Made by a program: the position numbers and the translations under genes. The notes below the pieces were generated by a model that was given only the letters and a program-made list of their open reading frames with translations, did not search any database and was not told the origin of the DNA. DNA of 64,000 bases from Octopus bimaculoides (Eukaryota): contig NC_068985.1 of the NCBI RefSeq assembly GCF_001194135.2, forward strand, positions 104,751,533 through 104,815,532. The letters run 5' to 3'. This document shows positions 25,300 to 38,187 of the stretch, in pieces. The first letter of the stretch is position 1. Each line of letters begins with the position of its first letter.

Positions 25300-25544
25300 T
25301 TAGTCAACACTGAATGTATAGACAACTCATTAATCAAACCTGCTGCCAAGAATGTATTGTATGTATGTACAAGGTGATCTATCCACTTTACTTTAGGCAC
25401 TTACTAATAGTGGGTTTAAAAGCAAGGTTTCCATAGATACTTTAAAAAAAAAGGCACTAAGTTGCTGATGAAATCCCATCACACACTGAAAGTAATCAAG
25501 CTGATCCCTTTTTTTCTCCACAGAGTTATTGTATGGCCAACTAA

Positions 25545-25812
25545 AGCCATGTGAGTGGATTTGGCAGACAGAAACTGGAAGAAGCTCATCATATATATGT
25601 GTGTATATGTCTGTGTTTGTCCCCCACCACTGCTTGACAGCTGGTGTGTTTACATCCCTGTAACTTAGTCATTCAGCAAAAGGAACTGATAAAATAAGTA
25701 CAAGCAAAACAAAAAGTACTGGGGTTGATACATTCAACTAAAATTCTTCAAGGTAGTGCCCCAGCATGGCTGCAGTCTAGTGACTGAAACAAGTAAAAGA
25801 TAAAAGATATAA
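25545..25812 (+). mobile_element. CORE-like SINE (family B), headless
   Basis: GTGAGTGGATTTGGCAGACAGAAACTG...CCCCAGCATGGCTGCAGTC...GACTGAAACAAGTAAAAGATAAAAGAT. Confidence 0.8.
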
Positions 25813-26390
25813 AGACAAGGTATTTATATGTGTCTATATATATAGCGTTGACTACAAAAATTTATAGATACTTTCCATTGTACAGTATAACTTTGAGAAA
25901 AGAAAAAACTGTTAGTCTGTGTTCTATACCTGGCCAAATAGATAAGAAGCTCGTTTTGCAATCTTGACATCTTGAGCAAATGTCTTTTGCCACAGACTGG
26001 GATCAACCCAGGCTTTGTGAGTAAAACTGATAAAATAAAAACTGCAGAAGCCATCAAATGGATTATACAAGTAAATCAGAGGATCAAACAAGTCAAACAC
26101 TGGATCATGGGGATTCTGCCTGAGGATTAAGATAAGGATACAAATATAAAACTTCACTATTTATGCTAGAGTTCTTCTCAATGTAAGCAGTTATTGCTTC
26201 CTGAGGGATGGGAGGGGCAGCAGAAAATCTTATATGAATACTAGGGATAAAAGGGGCAGTAGCAATAGAAGAGATTCATCTGTACAGTTTTTTCTTTTCA
26301 GTTTTAGACATTTATTTAAATATCAACTTTAAATGTGATATTATTATAAACTGCATTTTAGTAAAGGAAAAAACAATAATAACTGACTTT

Positions 26391-26778
26391 GTGTGTTGGC
26401 ACTCCGTCGCTTACGATGTCGAGGGTGCCAGTTGATCCGATCAACAGAACAGCCTGCTCGTGAAATTAACGTGCAAGTGGCTGAGCACTCCACAGACACG
26501 TGTACCCTTAACGTAGTTCTTGGTGATATTCAGCGTGACACAGTGTGACAAGGCTGACCCTTTGAATTACAGGCACAACAAAAACAGGAAGTAAGAGTGA
26601 GAGAAAGTTGTGGTGAAAGAGTACAGCAGGGTTCGCCACCATCCCGTGCTGGAGCCTTGTGTAGCTTTAGGTGTTTTTGCTCAATAAACACTCACAATGC
26701 CCGGTCTGGGAATCGAAACCGTGATCCTATGACCGCGAGTCCGCTGCCCTAACTACTGGGCCATTGAACCTCTACTAC
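26391..26778 (-). mobile_element. Full-length tRNA-Arg-like SINE (family C, probably an octopus OR-type SINE)
   Basis: Reverse complement of 30280-30667 and 60848-61235. 10-bp TSD AACTGACTTT at 26381-26390 and 26779-26788. Confidence 0.9.
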
Positions 26779-28049
26779 AACTGACTTTAAAGTGTGAATA
26801 AATAAAGAAAACCAAATATATACCACCTATGCTAATAGAAAGTTGGTGGTGAGTAATCACTTGCATTGAACTAGTACACAGAACTAAATTACTCTAGTCT
26901 GATATTACAAGTATTTACATTAAAAATGGGAGCAAACGTTGAATTGTAGCAAAGGAACATTGCGAAGAATGTTAGAAACAGAAAAGGTTGGGGTAGTAGT
27001 TACAAAAATCTCAGAAGCACTGGCATAGTACAATGAATGGGTAGGTTCGTTAAGGAAAGAACTGGAGGATTCATTATCAGAACAAACAACAATGAATTTA
27101 CTTTGCTGATAAATTCAATAACACTAAGGAGTTTCCATGAGTAGCTGTAAAACCTATTTCATCACACTCAGGAGTTTCCAAGAGTAGCTGTAAAATATAT
27201 CTCATGTCTGGCTAGCCTCACAGAAGTAAATCCCTGAGTTCTAAAGTAGAAATTGCATCTAGTGTCAGTGGCAAGTAGAGTAATATGCATCGTTTGAATA
27301 TAGAATGCAATGCAAGAATGAATCTATATTTACCTGGTCAACAACAGTGCATTAACTGCTTAGACAATATATTAAGGTTTTATTTCTCATAATATTTCCA
27401 CTAGTCAAAGAGACAATTCAACAACTAACCAATCAGATTGTACATGAAAAGTACTATGTAAGAAATTATCAAGTGTATAATAGCTGTGTCACTGACAGTG
27501 AGAAGAGAAAAATCATGGAAATTTCTATAAGGTGTCTCTTTCCAAGACAATACTTATATCTTTCTATTACAACCAAAAATACATTTCAATGGAAAGAAGT
27601 TTATCATACAAGAGAAGAATCCAACTGAAGTGGTTGGTGCCATCTATATCCTACCCAACAGCATACACAATATGTACCAAGCTATTAACTAAAACAGATA
27701 AAGTAAGAATTAATGTGATTTCTTCTACTGCAATCTAATTATATGATGGGGATTTCTAACTAATGTGCAAAATACATGCTATTGAGCATTTCATAAAATT
27801 GTATCTGTGCAAAAGAGGGAGAGAAAGAGAGAGGCCACATGTAAAAACCTGTTTGATAGTTAGTTACCATAGCAATAAATCATGCTTTCCTGATTTAAAA
27901 GTGCAATCTTTTATCTCATTACAATGACAATGGAAACAAACTTCTCGATACACAACAGTAGACACCTTTATATTTTGACATTTTTTCGTTAATTTTAGTG
28001 GAGGCATTTAATATAATTCATACAATTCTTTTTTTTTTTTTTTTTTTNN

Positions 28050-28660
28050 NNNNNNNNAGGAAGGGGTGCAGCTCTAGTGACCTTTAGAGGCCCTTTTAGA
28101 CTGATAGGATTGATGTAGTTGGCATTCTGTTTAAATATCTCTAGACTGATATCTGTATTTAATGAAGAACTAGACAGGTAAAGCAGAAAATTGGCAAGAT
28201 GAAGAGTAGGAGAAAAGCAAGTAGCTAGTTCAGAGTAGCAGTGGCTATTGTAGTAACAACAGAAGAGGGAGATAGAGTGAAGGTACAGTGCTTCTGTGAA
28301 TTAGAGGTTGAAGTTTGTCGATGAATGAATTTTGCCAGAAAATCAGATACTCAGACTCCTGTCTGGCTGGTTGGGAAGGCATGTGCTGCATTATCAGTAC
28401 TAATGTAATAGCAAATTTAGCGTAGACAGTGGACCTGTGACTTCCAAATGTATGTATTATAAATGGCTTAGACATCCTAAGAAAGAAAGCCTAAAAAGGA
28501 AGATCTAGCATGTAAAAGAAAGCCACTTGTCACACCTCTAGCCCTACTAAATAAAGAACTGGAAAGAGATGCTGGTGAGAAAAGACTCATATTCTTCTTG
28601 AGAAAACAGAATTCTGAAGGTGGGTTGCCAGCACATAGATAACGCAACTGTTGCAATTTT
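28050..28660 (-). mobile_element. Degraded CR1/L2-like LINE 3' end
   Basis: Minus frame DKLQPLIHRSTVPSLYLPLLLLQ resembles the CR1-clade C-terminal motif L.PL.HRR.VASL.LFYRYY. Confidence 0.55.
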
Positions 28661-29292
28661 GTAAGGAGAAAAACAAAAGAAAAAAAAAAAGACAGCAACT
28701 GATCAAAGCTGAAATATTTTGTGTCCAGAAACCTAATCTTTGGGTAACAGATTTGGCAATCTATATATTTGAGATTGTTATGAGAAATCTTTAAAGATTG
28801 AGAAGAGTAGCATTTGTAGAGATAAGGATTTTAAATGGCTAATAAAATAAGTTAGCATGAAAACAGGACAGTTTAGGCATTTCTGGTGAAGCCTTTCTCA
28901 AGGAAATGAAACAAAGATCCTGCCTAAAACATCAGATCTCACCACATAGCATGGTACACAAAGTCAAACAACTTACTCATCTCTGACAAACACCCAACTC
29001 TAAGAAGATCAATAAACAATAAATATTCTTTGAGTATGATATAGTAGACCTGTTTCATTTGTAGTTCAACATAAAATGTTTTATTACCTATAAATGTGCT
29101 TAACTATCTAGAGCTATTTAACATGTATCTCATTTCGCTGTTTATCGTTTACTTTTATCAAAGCTTTGCTCTTAGCAAAAAAACAAATTTCTGAGTGAAA
29201 TTCTTCAACATAAAATTCAAAACTACCTATTATAAAGAAATACGATTTGAATTTTGTTTCTTAATTCCAAAAAATAGCTAAAAAAAAAAGCC

Positions 29293-29384
29293 AGTGAAGG
29301 TACAGTGCTTCTGTGAATTAGAGGTTGAAGTTTGTCGATGAATGAATTTTGCCAGAAAATCAGATACTCAGACTCCTGTCTGGC
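29293..29384. repeat. 92-bp identical copy of 28276-28367
   Basis: Base-by-base identical. Flanks are unrelated AT-rich sequence. Confidence 0.95.
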
Positions 29385-29801
29385 AACAATTAAAAACACT
29401 ATAATAAATAAATGTACCAATTATGACTCCTTATGTTTCTTTACAGAGAAATATAAAAAAAGTAACAAATAATGCTAAGCTACCTATTTATTGTCTTTCC
29501 ACACATTCCCTACCATTATGAAAATGGGAAATGCTTATACTAAGTTCTGACTGACATAATGGTCAGTGCTATGATGTTTATAATAGGCTGTACCAATGTC
29601 ATATATTTATTCAGTAACACTGAAGTAAACAATAATACAATGGTTTATTCATAGTGCACTAAGCAAGAAAGGGAATGTAATAAATGATACTCTACCTTAC
29701 AGCTCTTGGTATTATTTGGTTAAATATTACTAGTAGAGTACTGAAATCAAATACCAGTTATTTGGTATCCTGACTTATAAGTTGTTATGAAACAAACTTA
29801 A

Positions 29802-30026
29802 TCCCTTTGATAGCAAGCCACCTGAGACCACCCTTGGTTCCATGATACAAACTTCACAAACTTCTTGTTTAAAGTGATCTAAATTAAAACCTTCCTTCAG
29901 AATTTTATGTTAAATTATTTAAGTTCCAAACACCAACTTAATTGTGATAAAATTAATTTACTAAATTCTTCATTATTTTCAAAATTAATTAAAACAAAGT
30001 TTAATAGAAATCTGGTAACAATAGGG
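29802..30026. mobile_element. piggyBac-like MITE
   Basis: TTAA on both flanks (29798-29801, 30027-30030), termini TCCCTTTGATAGC / GGTAACAATAGGG. A related inverted copy lies at about 42006-42232. Confidence 0.6.
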
Positions 30027-30279
30027 TTAAAGTTATCATTATGACAAACAAAACTAGTTGGATCTTTCCAATACGAAAGTATAAATGTAAAAATTAAAAT
30101 CTATAAACTGAAAAAAAATAATAAAATTGTTCCATTTGAAAACAACACATTATTTATCTAACTCATTACTTGCTAAAATTTTAAAGGGTAATTCAAGAAA
30201 TACACCTACAAATGTTAACCTAACCTAAATGCAAAGACAGTGTCATCAAACAGGTTACCTGCCAGTTACAGATACTGCA

Positions 30280-30667
30280 GTGGAGGCGCAATGGCCCAGT
30301 GGTTAGGGCAGCGGACTCGCGGTCATAGGATCGCGGTTTCGATTCCCAGATCGGGCGCTGTGAGTGTTTATTGAGCAAAAACACCTAAAGCTCCAGCAGG
30401 CTACGGCAGGGGATGGTGGCGAACCCTGCTGTACTCTTTCACCACAACTTTCTCTCACACTTACTTCCTGTTTCTGCTGTGCCTGTAATTCAAAGGGTCA
30501 GCCTTGTCACACTGTGTCATGCTGAATATCCCCGAGAACTACATTAAGGGTACACGTGTCTGTGGAATGCTCAGCCACTTGCACGTTAATTTCACGAGCA
30601 GGCTGTTCCATTGATCGAATCAACTGGAACCCTCGACGTCATAAGCAACGGAGTGCCAACAACAGCA
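30280..30667 (+). mobile_element. Full-length family C SINE
   Basis: Head TGGAGGCGCAATGGCCCAGTGGTTAGGGCAGCGGACTCGCGGTC and (CAA)-rich tail. 12-bp TSD ACAGATACTGCA at 30268-30279 and 30668-30679. Confidence 0.92.
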
Positions 30668-31131
30668 ACAGATACTGCAAAACTTAATTCTGTTGATAAT
30701 GAATCTACACAGAATATGATGTAAATGCTATTATACTTTTTATATAGACTACAGGATTAAAAGGAAAATTTAGTTTCTTCTCAAAATATTTCCTCTGGAG
30801 TTTATTGATATTCTTATCATGAATCAGTAAAAGAAAAGAAACTTAGTTTGAATTTGAAATATAAGCAATACCTTTTTCCTTTAATAAGCATTCAACTTTA
30901 GCTTCACTGCGAAAATTAAATAAAGTGCTTACATCCCAGCTTTTATCTTTCTATAGCAAGAGAAAATGGGATCAATCTTAGTTTCTAATCTTATTAGATC
31001 TTCTTCAGAGAAACAATACCCATTTTCTGTTTACAGAGAAATTAATAGCTTCTAGCTGTATATAAATTAGGATACATCTAAACCGGCCAATCTAATTTGT
31101 ATAACAGTACATGCACTAATATCATGGATTA

Positions 31132-31334
31132 ATTCATTCATAGTGCACTACACAGTCTTTTTGGATAATTTGAAATGTAAGATGTGTGCTTTCTTTTTTA
31201 ATAAACATAAAACTTGTAATGTAACTCATTTATACTTAGGCTAAAACCATATCATTAATTAATAAAAAGATACACCTCACATTTGAAATTACCCCCAAAC
31301 TTCTATCTGGTGCACTAGTGCACTATGAATGAAT
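31132..31334. repeat. 19-bp perfect inverted repeat pair, possible old MITE
   Basis: ATTCATTCATAGTGCACTA (31132-31150) / TAGTGCACTATGAATGAAT (31316-31334). A related motif occurs near 29648. No TSD seen. Confidence 0.45.
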
Positions 31335-32981
31335 GAAATGACCCTTGTTGTCAGCCATATGCAAATTATAGTAACTAACTTAGCTGGAACCTAGTTTGCA
31401 TAGACTACAAATAGCAGTATGCTACTCAAGACCCATGAATAGAAGATATGTGTGCTTTCTCTGATAAAGATCTAAGAAGACTAGAAGCTAATCAAATTGC
31501 TTTCACTTTTCCTTCATCAAGGTTAACTCTATATGTTTATTAAGAATTATTTTAAATTATCTTTTAAAAAAATCTGTGTAGTGCACTGTGAATACCCTTA
31601 TTTTTCATTTAAATTGTTTTTACTGATCTCAATGTTAAGGAAACTATCATTAAAAAAAAACCTTTTCATGTCTCTACCTACATATATTAGTTTACACAAC
31701 TCTGGTTTTATTTCTATAGATCTTCATTGATTAGGGGACAACATCCCTCTGTGTAGGCAGCTGGATACATTTTCATGTACCACCTCCCTCTTCACAAACA
31801 ATCATGGATTTAAAATCATGATAGAGTAACCCTAACCCTGCTAATCATCAATACCTTGTCCAATAATCCCTATAAAAGGTACTAAGCACTTCCTCTTCTT
31901 CTTCAATCCAACAAAATTAAATGTAGTTCACACAATTGTTGAAACTAGAAGCAAAGAGCATTTATAAACACTTGTCATGTAAATGAATTTTTATAGGAAA
32001 CATGTATTGATTAGTGATATTGCTCTGGAGTTAAACAACTTCACTTGCAACAAACCACACTATATACGTTTAAGTCTAGTAAATCAACCAGCAAATATTC
32101 CGTTGATGTTAATGCAACAGTCAAAGTTCATTAGAATTATACTTATTCAGAGAAACACTAATATATATAAAAATGCATGTACTTTTTTTATTCTCTTGCC
32201 TATACATTGCATACTTTATCTACATATAATATATAATGTTTTGCTTTTTATATCTAATTTCAGCTTAAACTGCAAACAGCACATTTTAATACGGCATGGC
32301 ATTTTTTTTTTTTTTTGTGTGTGTTAACTCAGCAAATAAATGTTGGCTGTTTTGTTTGATAGCAATAAGAAATGAAATTAAGTAAAAATAATGAGTAATG
32401 ACAGTAATTATTTTTAAAAAATTATAATTTCAGTAGTTCATATTCTCAGTAGTGCAAAATTTTAATATACCAGGACAGAGAAACAGAAAATATTCAGAAA
32501 TATTCAGTGAAACTAGAAAACATTGCTGACCTAAGCAGTCATATCACTAGTATTGAAATAGAGGAAAAAGAAGTTAAACAGAGTGGGTGGAAAAGGAAAT
32601 AAGGAAAGTGCAACTCTGGTATAAAAGTTTGAAATAGTAAGAGGATGAGAGAAAAAGAGCGAGAGAGAGAGAGAGAGAGAGAGAGAGGGCAGAGAAAAGA
32701 AAAACTGAACAAACACATATACAATATCAACATGGTGCATATAGAGAAAATATTCCTGAATAAACTGAAAGTTTTAAAACGTTATCCCAACAGAGAAACT
32801 CAGCAGAATTGTGAAACAAGAAAATCAAAAGTAAGACAGAAAGTTCTTCCAAATTACTGAAAAGATACTATGTTATAGATTGTTTAAAATTTGTTAACAT
32901 ATTTCTATTGGAATACACTGTCCTTGAATCAGTTCATTTTGAAAAAAAAAACAAGTTTTGTTATTATTAAGTTGGTGCTTC

Positions 32982-33205
32982 AGGCAGTGAGTTGGCAGGA
33001 GGAGCATTAGCACACTGGACAAAATGATTAATGGCATTTCTTCCAGCTTTTCATTCTGAGTTCAAATTCTACTGAGATCAACTTTGCCTTTCATCCTTTT
33101 GGGGTCAATAAATTAAGTACCAGTGAAACATCGGGGTCAATGTAACCAACTAGTCCCCTTCCCCAAAATTTCAGGCCTTGTACCTTTAGTAGAAAAGATT
33201 ACTAT
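32982..33205 (+). mobile_element. Family A (Nin/Deu-like) SINE, CpG-depleted
   Basis: Full family layout with only one CpG left. Confidence 0.85.
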
Positions 33206-33630
33206 TGTAGTTGTTCTTGTTGACTAAAAAGAACCTAACAAGCTGTAATCTAATCATTCACTTCTCTACCAACTTTAGTCCCATACTTCTACCTGTCTCA
33301 GCAGAATCTCATATTTCCCAAATACATAGTTGCTTAAAACATTTAGCAGAGCATGATATCATAAGAAAACTTCAAAATCTGCAGCTGGCAGAAGCTTCAT
33401 CAATAAAAATTATTTCATTCATATTTCCCCATTCATCACTTATCAAGTTTCATCTCAAAATTCCTTCTCAGCTTCATCAACACAGACACTAAAAGCAATG
33501 GCTACAACTAAGCTAAGATGTAGATTTTAAGCTTCTTGCAGCTTAAAACATCAGATAATTGAAACTTATGAGGATATCAATTTGTTTCTTATCAAGAAGA
33601 GATTGTGTGAGATGTAAATATTGTCAAGTA

Positions 33631-33865
33631 CAGTAATCCCTCGACTATCATGGGTGTTACATTTCAATACCTCCACAGAAATAATTAAAATCTAAAAAAA
33701 TATAAATACCTAACGGCCGCAGAAACCCATGATATACTGAGGATTCTGCGATATAAATTTACATATATTAGCCAGAAAAATCCACAATGTACTGAGTGCG
33801 CAATAGGTGAACCGTGATGTACTGAGTGTGCGATAGGTGATCCGCGATATGGCAAGGGATTACTG
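33631..33865. mobile_element. Tigger/pogo-like MITE
   Basis: TA-CAGTAATCCCTCG ... CAAGGGATTACTG-TA. Internal ~30-bp tandem duplication. Confidence 0.8.
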
Positions 33866-34039
33866 TAATGTGTCATTTAATTTCATTTTAAAAACTCTAG
33901 ACAAAATAAGAAACTTAAAAACTAAAAACAAAAAATACAAAGGTTAATGGAAGCCACAGTCAAAGTAACATGAATTAAAGTAAAACATAATAGACAATCA
34001 GTGAAGTGAAAGAAATTCAAGAAGATATATATTCATACA

Positions 34040-34086
34040 GCCAAATGAGAGCCAAGAGACAAACACACAGAAGCAAACAAGAGCCA

Positions 34087-34131
<45 letters not shown>

Positions 34132-34400
34132 AATGAGAGCCAAGAAAGAGGTACATATATAGAGGCAAATGAGAGCCATGAGAGAGAGAGAGAAAGAAAG
34201 AGAGAGGGACACAAACACAGCAGTAAACAAGAACTAGAAAAGACACATACACACATGTACAGACAATGGGATCTAGGAGACACACACACGCAAATGATAG
34301 CACGGAGGCAGGCACACAGACAAATGGGAGCCCAGAGATACACAAACAGGGAAAATGGGAGCCAAGAAATAAGCACAAACAAACTGAAGCCATGAAACAA
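34040..34400. repeat. Degenerate minisatellite mixed with CA/GA microsatellites
   Basis: Recurring core CAAATG(A/G)GAGCC(A/C)(A/T)GA about six times at variable spacing. Confidence 0.7.
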
Positions 34401-36072
34401 ATACACAGGCAATGGCAGCAAGCAGCCATTATGTAACAAGGTAAGAGGAGTAGAAGACAGATGACAAAAGGGAACAAGACTGGGAACAAAATCTTGATTG
34501 AAATTTGACCATTTTGGTACCAACACACCTGAGACTGCCCTTCAGGGATCTAAAACCTTTCCATCAACATTTCATCCTAATTTATGTTTCAAACACCAGC
34601 TTCGTTATGATAAAGCTATTATACAAAATTCCTCTTTATTTTCAAAATTAATTGAAACAGTGTATTTCAGTAGAAATATAACAAAAGGGTTATGCACATT
34701 TGAGTGAAGTTTATCAAAATAAATAAAAGGCTTGTCTAGATTTATTTTCACAAGGTAAGTAGCAAAGATTTCAATGAAAACATAAATCCTCAATATCGTT
34801 TTTTTTTTTCTCCCCCAAGAATGATAGAAAGTTATGGATTTGAATGACAACCTTATGGCATTTTTAAAATATTTATCACAAAAAGAGTACAATGGGAAAC
34901 AAGGACCTGTCAAAGAAAAAGAAGAGAAGTGAAATTTTAAACAGATACTTCAACAGAAGCTTTCAGAAACACAACACCAGCTAGATAATTCTTCAATATT
35001 AAGATAACATTACTGTTACAAAATCTGTCCAACCATTAATCATTCCAGAAGCTTCTTGGTATCAATGACAAGTAATTTATTATTAAGAACCTAACACAAG
35101 CAAATTTAATGCATAATAATAATCATAGCAATAACAACAACAACCACCAAAATCAATTTCTAAAACAGACCCAAATTCCTTGAAATCTGCATGTAGCATT
35201 ATACTGAAAAACTTCTAAATTGGGTACATTAACAGGTTTAATCCTCCACAACTTGCACCAAATCCATTAAGTCTATTAACAAAAAGTAGAACTGACTATT
35301 CAGAAAAGTAACTTCACACTTATCTCCAGCTATTAGTGTCATACGTAATATTCATAAAAAATGTACAATAATATATAAATTTTGCATAAACATTATCAAA
35401 TGTACACACCGTTGAGACCATGCACATATGTGTACACACACACACATACACACGAGAAAAATGGTATTGTTATTTATACTTACTACTTCAGTTCCTAAAT
35501 CTGAGCATTACTACGAGTAGAATTTTCATAAAGTTTACAATGATTAGATGTTGCTATAACATCAACAAGGTGGGTATGAGAGGTTTTGGTAAAGCCATTT
35601 TGATGCAGTCTAGTTGGCATCTCTGATTCGATGCTGACTTATTTGACATCAGACATTTTAATGTTACTCTCATTCCCTCCTGCTCTTTCTCTGTATTTAT
35701 GTGTGAGCACCAAGTTCTCTTTGTATGTATATGTCTCTTTCACTCTCTCTTCCTTCCCCTTTCTCACTCTATCGATCTATAAGTATATATTTCAGCATAC
35801 CTGTGTGTATGTGTTTCTTTTCATTACTAAAACAGGTGTGAAGGTGCATTCAGCCAAACCAAAATGTCAATACCCAAACAGTCACACCCATTTATTTCAT
35901 TCCAAGTTTTGGAGTAGTAGGGAAGGATAATTTTACTGTGAACATATTAAATATTTGAAAATTTACTGCTACAAAAAGGACAACACACCAACAGAGGAAA
36001 AGTTTGGCCTCAAAGCCGCAACTGCGTATCCCAAATTGACATACATGCCTACATGCATGTATGCATGCATGT

Positions 36073-36295
36073 CATCACCATTGGCTTAATGTCCACTTTT
36101 CCCTACTTACATAGTCAATTTTCTTTGGTTAGATGTCCTTCCTGTTGCCAACCCTTAACTGTTTCCTAGTAAGGTAATCTTTTTCCCTTGGCTAGACATG
36201 CTTTCATGGAAGACCAGAAATGAATGATACCATTTGTATGATGGTGACTTCACAACTATAGCATCTGCCAATACAAGGAGACACAAGTGTACACA
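36073..36295 (-). mobile_element. SINE-like repeat with an RTE-type tail (family D)
   Basis: Related to about 46990-47195 (-) and 56165-56385 (+). The plus-strand copy ends GGACGTTGAATGATGAT, like the RTE tails. Confidence 0.55.
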
Positions 36296-37230
36296 CATGG
36301 CATGAAACTGTAATTATTCTTTAGATAATAACTGATGAGAATTGAGCATAACCATGCCATGTGTGTGAATTTTCTGTTTGTCCCTTTGTTGTACTTCTGT
36401 TTAATTTTTGAAACTTCTCTCTCTCGACAGACAGACAGACAAACTGATAAGGAAAATAAGACAAGGTAGAAAATGCTAAAATAATTTTATCATGAAGTAC
36501 ATTTTAGTACTGGTTTCCATCTTTTAAACTTTTTCAACTAAGAGTAAAATAAGAAAAACAATTAAACTGGAGAAAAAAATTATCAAGTGAAATGTTTTGT
36601 AGATATTTCCATAGTCTTTAAATAGGTAAATATTTCATAGTCTTCAGATGTCTGTCTCTCTCTCTCTATTCTTTTGTGAATGCCTCATAGGTTGGTAGTA
36701 GTAAAGCTGAAGGAATAGTATGGGTACAGAGAATTGATGGTTTAAGCAGGAGCAACCGAGGGAGGAGNNNNNNNNNNNNNNNNNNNNNNNNNNNNNNNNN
36801 NNNNNNNNNNNNNNNNNNNNNNNNNNNNNNNNNNNNNNNNNNNNNNNNNNNNNNNNNNNNNNNNNNNNNNNNNNNNNNNNNNNNNNNNNNNNNNNNNNNN
36901 NNNNNNNNNNNNNNNNNNNNNNNNNNNNNNNNNNNNNNNNNNNNNNNNNNNNNNNNNNNNNNNNNNNNNNNNNNNNNNNNNNNNNNNNNNNNNNNNNNNN
37001 NNNNNNNNNNNNNNNNNNNNNNNNNNNNNNNNNNNNNNNNNNNNNNNNNNNNNNNNNNNNNNNNNNNNNNNNNNNNNNNNNNNNNNNNNNNNNNNNNNNN
37101 NNNNNNNNNNNNNNNNNNNNNNNNNNNNNNNNNNNNNNNNNNNNNNNNNNNNNNNNNNNNNNNNNNNNNNNNNNNNNNNNNNNNNNNNNNNNNNNNNNNN
37201 NNNNNNNNNNNNNNNNNNNNNNNNNNNNNN

Positions 37231-37267
<37 letters not shown>

Positions 37268-38052
37268 CATACATACACACACGATAGGCTTCTTTCAGTT
37301 TCTATCTACCAGATCTTAACCATGTAGTTTGGAAACAAACTTCTTAACCATACAGCCATGTTTGTACCATTATACATATAGAACAGATTCAAAACTATTT
37401 TTAAAAAAGGTTGCATTTAGACATACACTAATTAATACAACTGGCTTTCACTCAGGTATATACCAGTTCAATTATCATTAATTTTCAGTTTAATAGTTGT
37501 TTACAAAAGAATGTTACTTGAGTAATACTGAACTTTTCATATCTACTTCATTCTATAAAACAGTTAGGGTGTACAGGAATTTAATGGTAGTTAATGACCG
37601 TCAACTACGGCTACATACAGGTCAACTATGCATGAATAAATACAGTTTCAACCATTTGCACTAAAGAAATTAGCTTCTGCAAAATCCATGAAAGTTAAGG
37701 TTACTATTTCAGTAGTCTGCTGTTTGGGAATTTTAGCAGATGTCATCAGTGAAACAATTGACTGACACAATTTTTAGTATTAAAATGTAATCATTAGATA
37801 GGTGACAATAAGACATATTCAGAACAATAAATAAAACAAAGGTTGACTTCCATTATGTATGCATGTGAAACTTTTCTTTTTCTTTTTAACATTAAGATTT
37901 AGGAATCTGATTGTTTGATAGATAAGAAATGATTAAAGAGGAAAATATTATGTATTTACCTGCATGATAATTAAAATATTTTAGTGGGTGGTTTAATACT
38001 AAATTCACATTGTTAGTGGACTGATGAATATATTGCACGACTACACCATTAC

Positions 38053-38187
38053 CTGGATCTTGAAATTCTTTAAAAGAGTCTACTCTGTTGCAAGGACTTG
38101 GACCAGGCCTTCAGATTGAGAATAACTTCCTCTTAGCAGTCATGGAGGGCATGGAAAGATTCATGGGTGCACCCTTCACTCTGCTGA
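38053..38187 (-). other. Probable 5' exon of the minus-strand gene, containing a 17-aa uORF
   Basis: Polypyrimidine tract then TCTTAG|TCAGCAG (tandem acceptors) and donor CCAG|GTAATG. GC-elevated 135 nt with stops in all three frames. uORF MNLSMPSMTAKRKLFSI* at 38111-38164. Confidence 0.6.

Noticed and set aside
30280-30360. Functional tRNA genes in the SINE heads (also 13111-13185, 26700-26778, 60848-60925)
   Set aside because: Acceptor stems do not close, and the heads continue into repeat bodies with tails and, for family C, TSDs.
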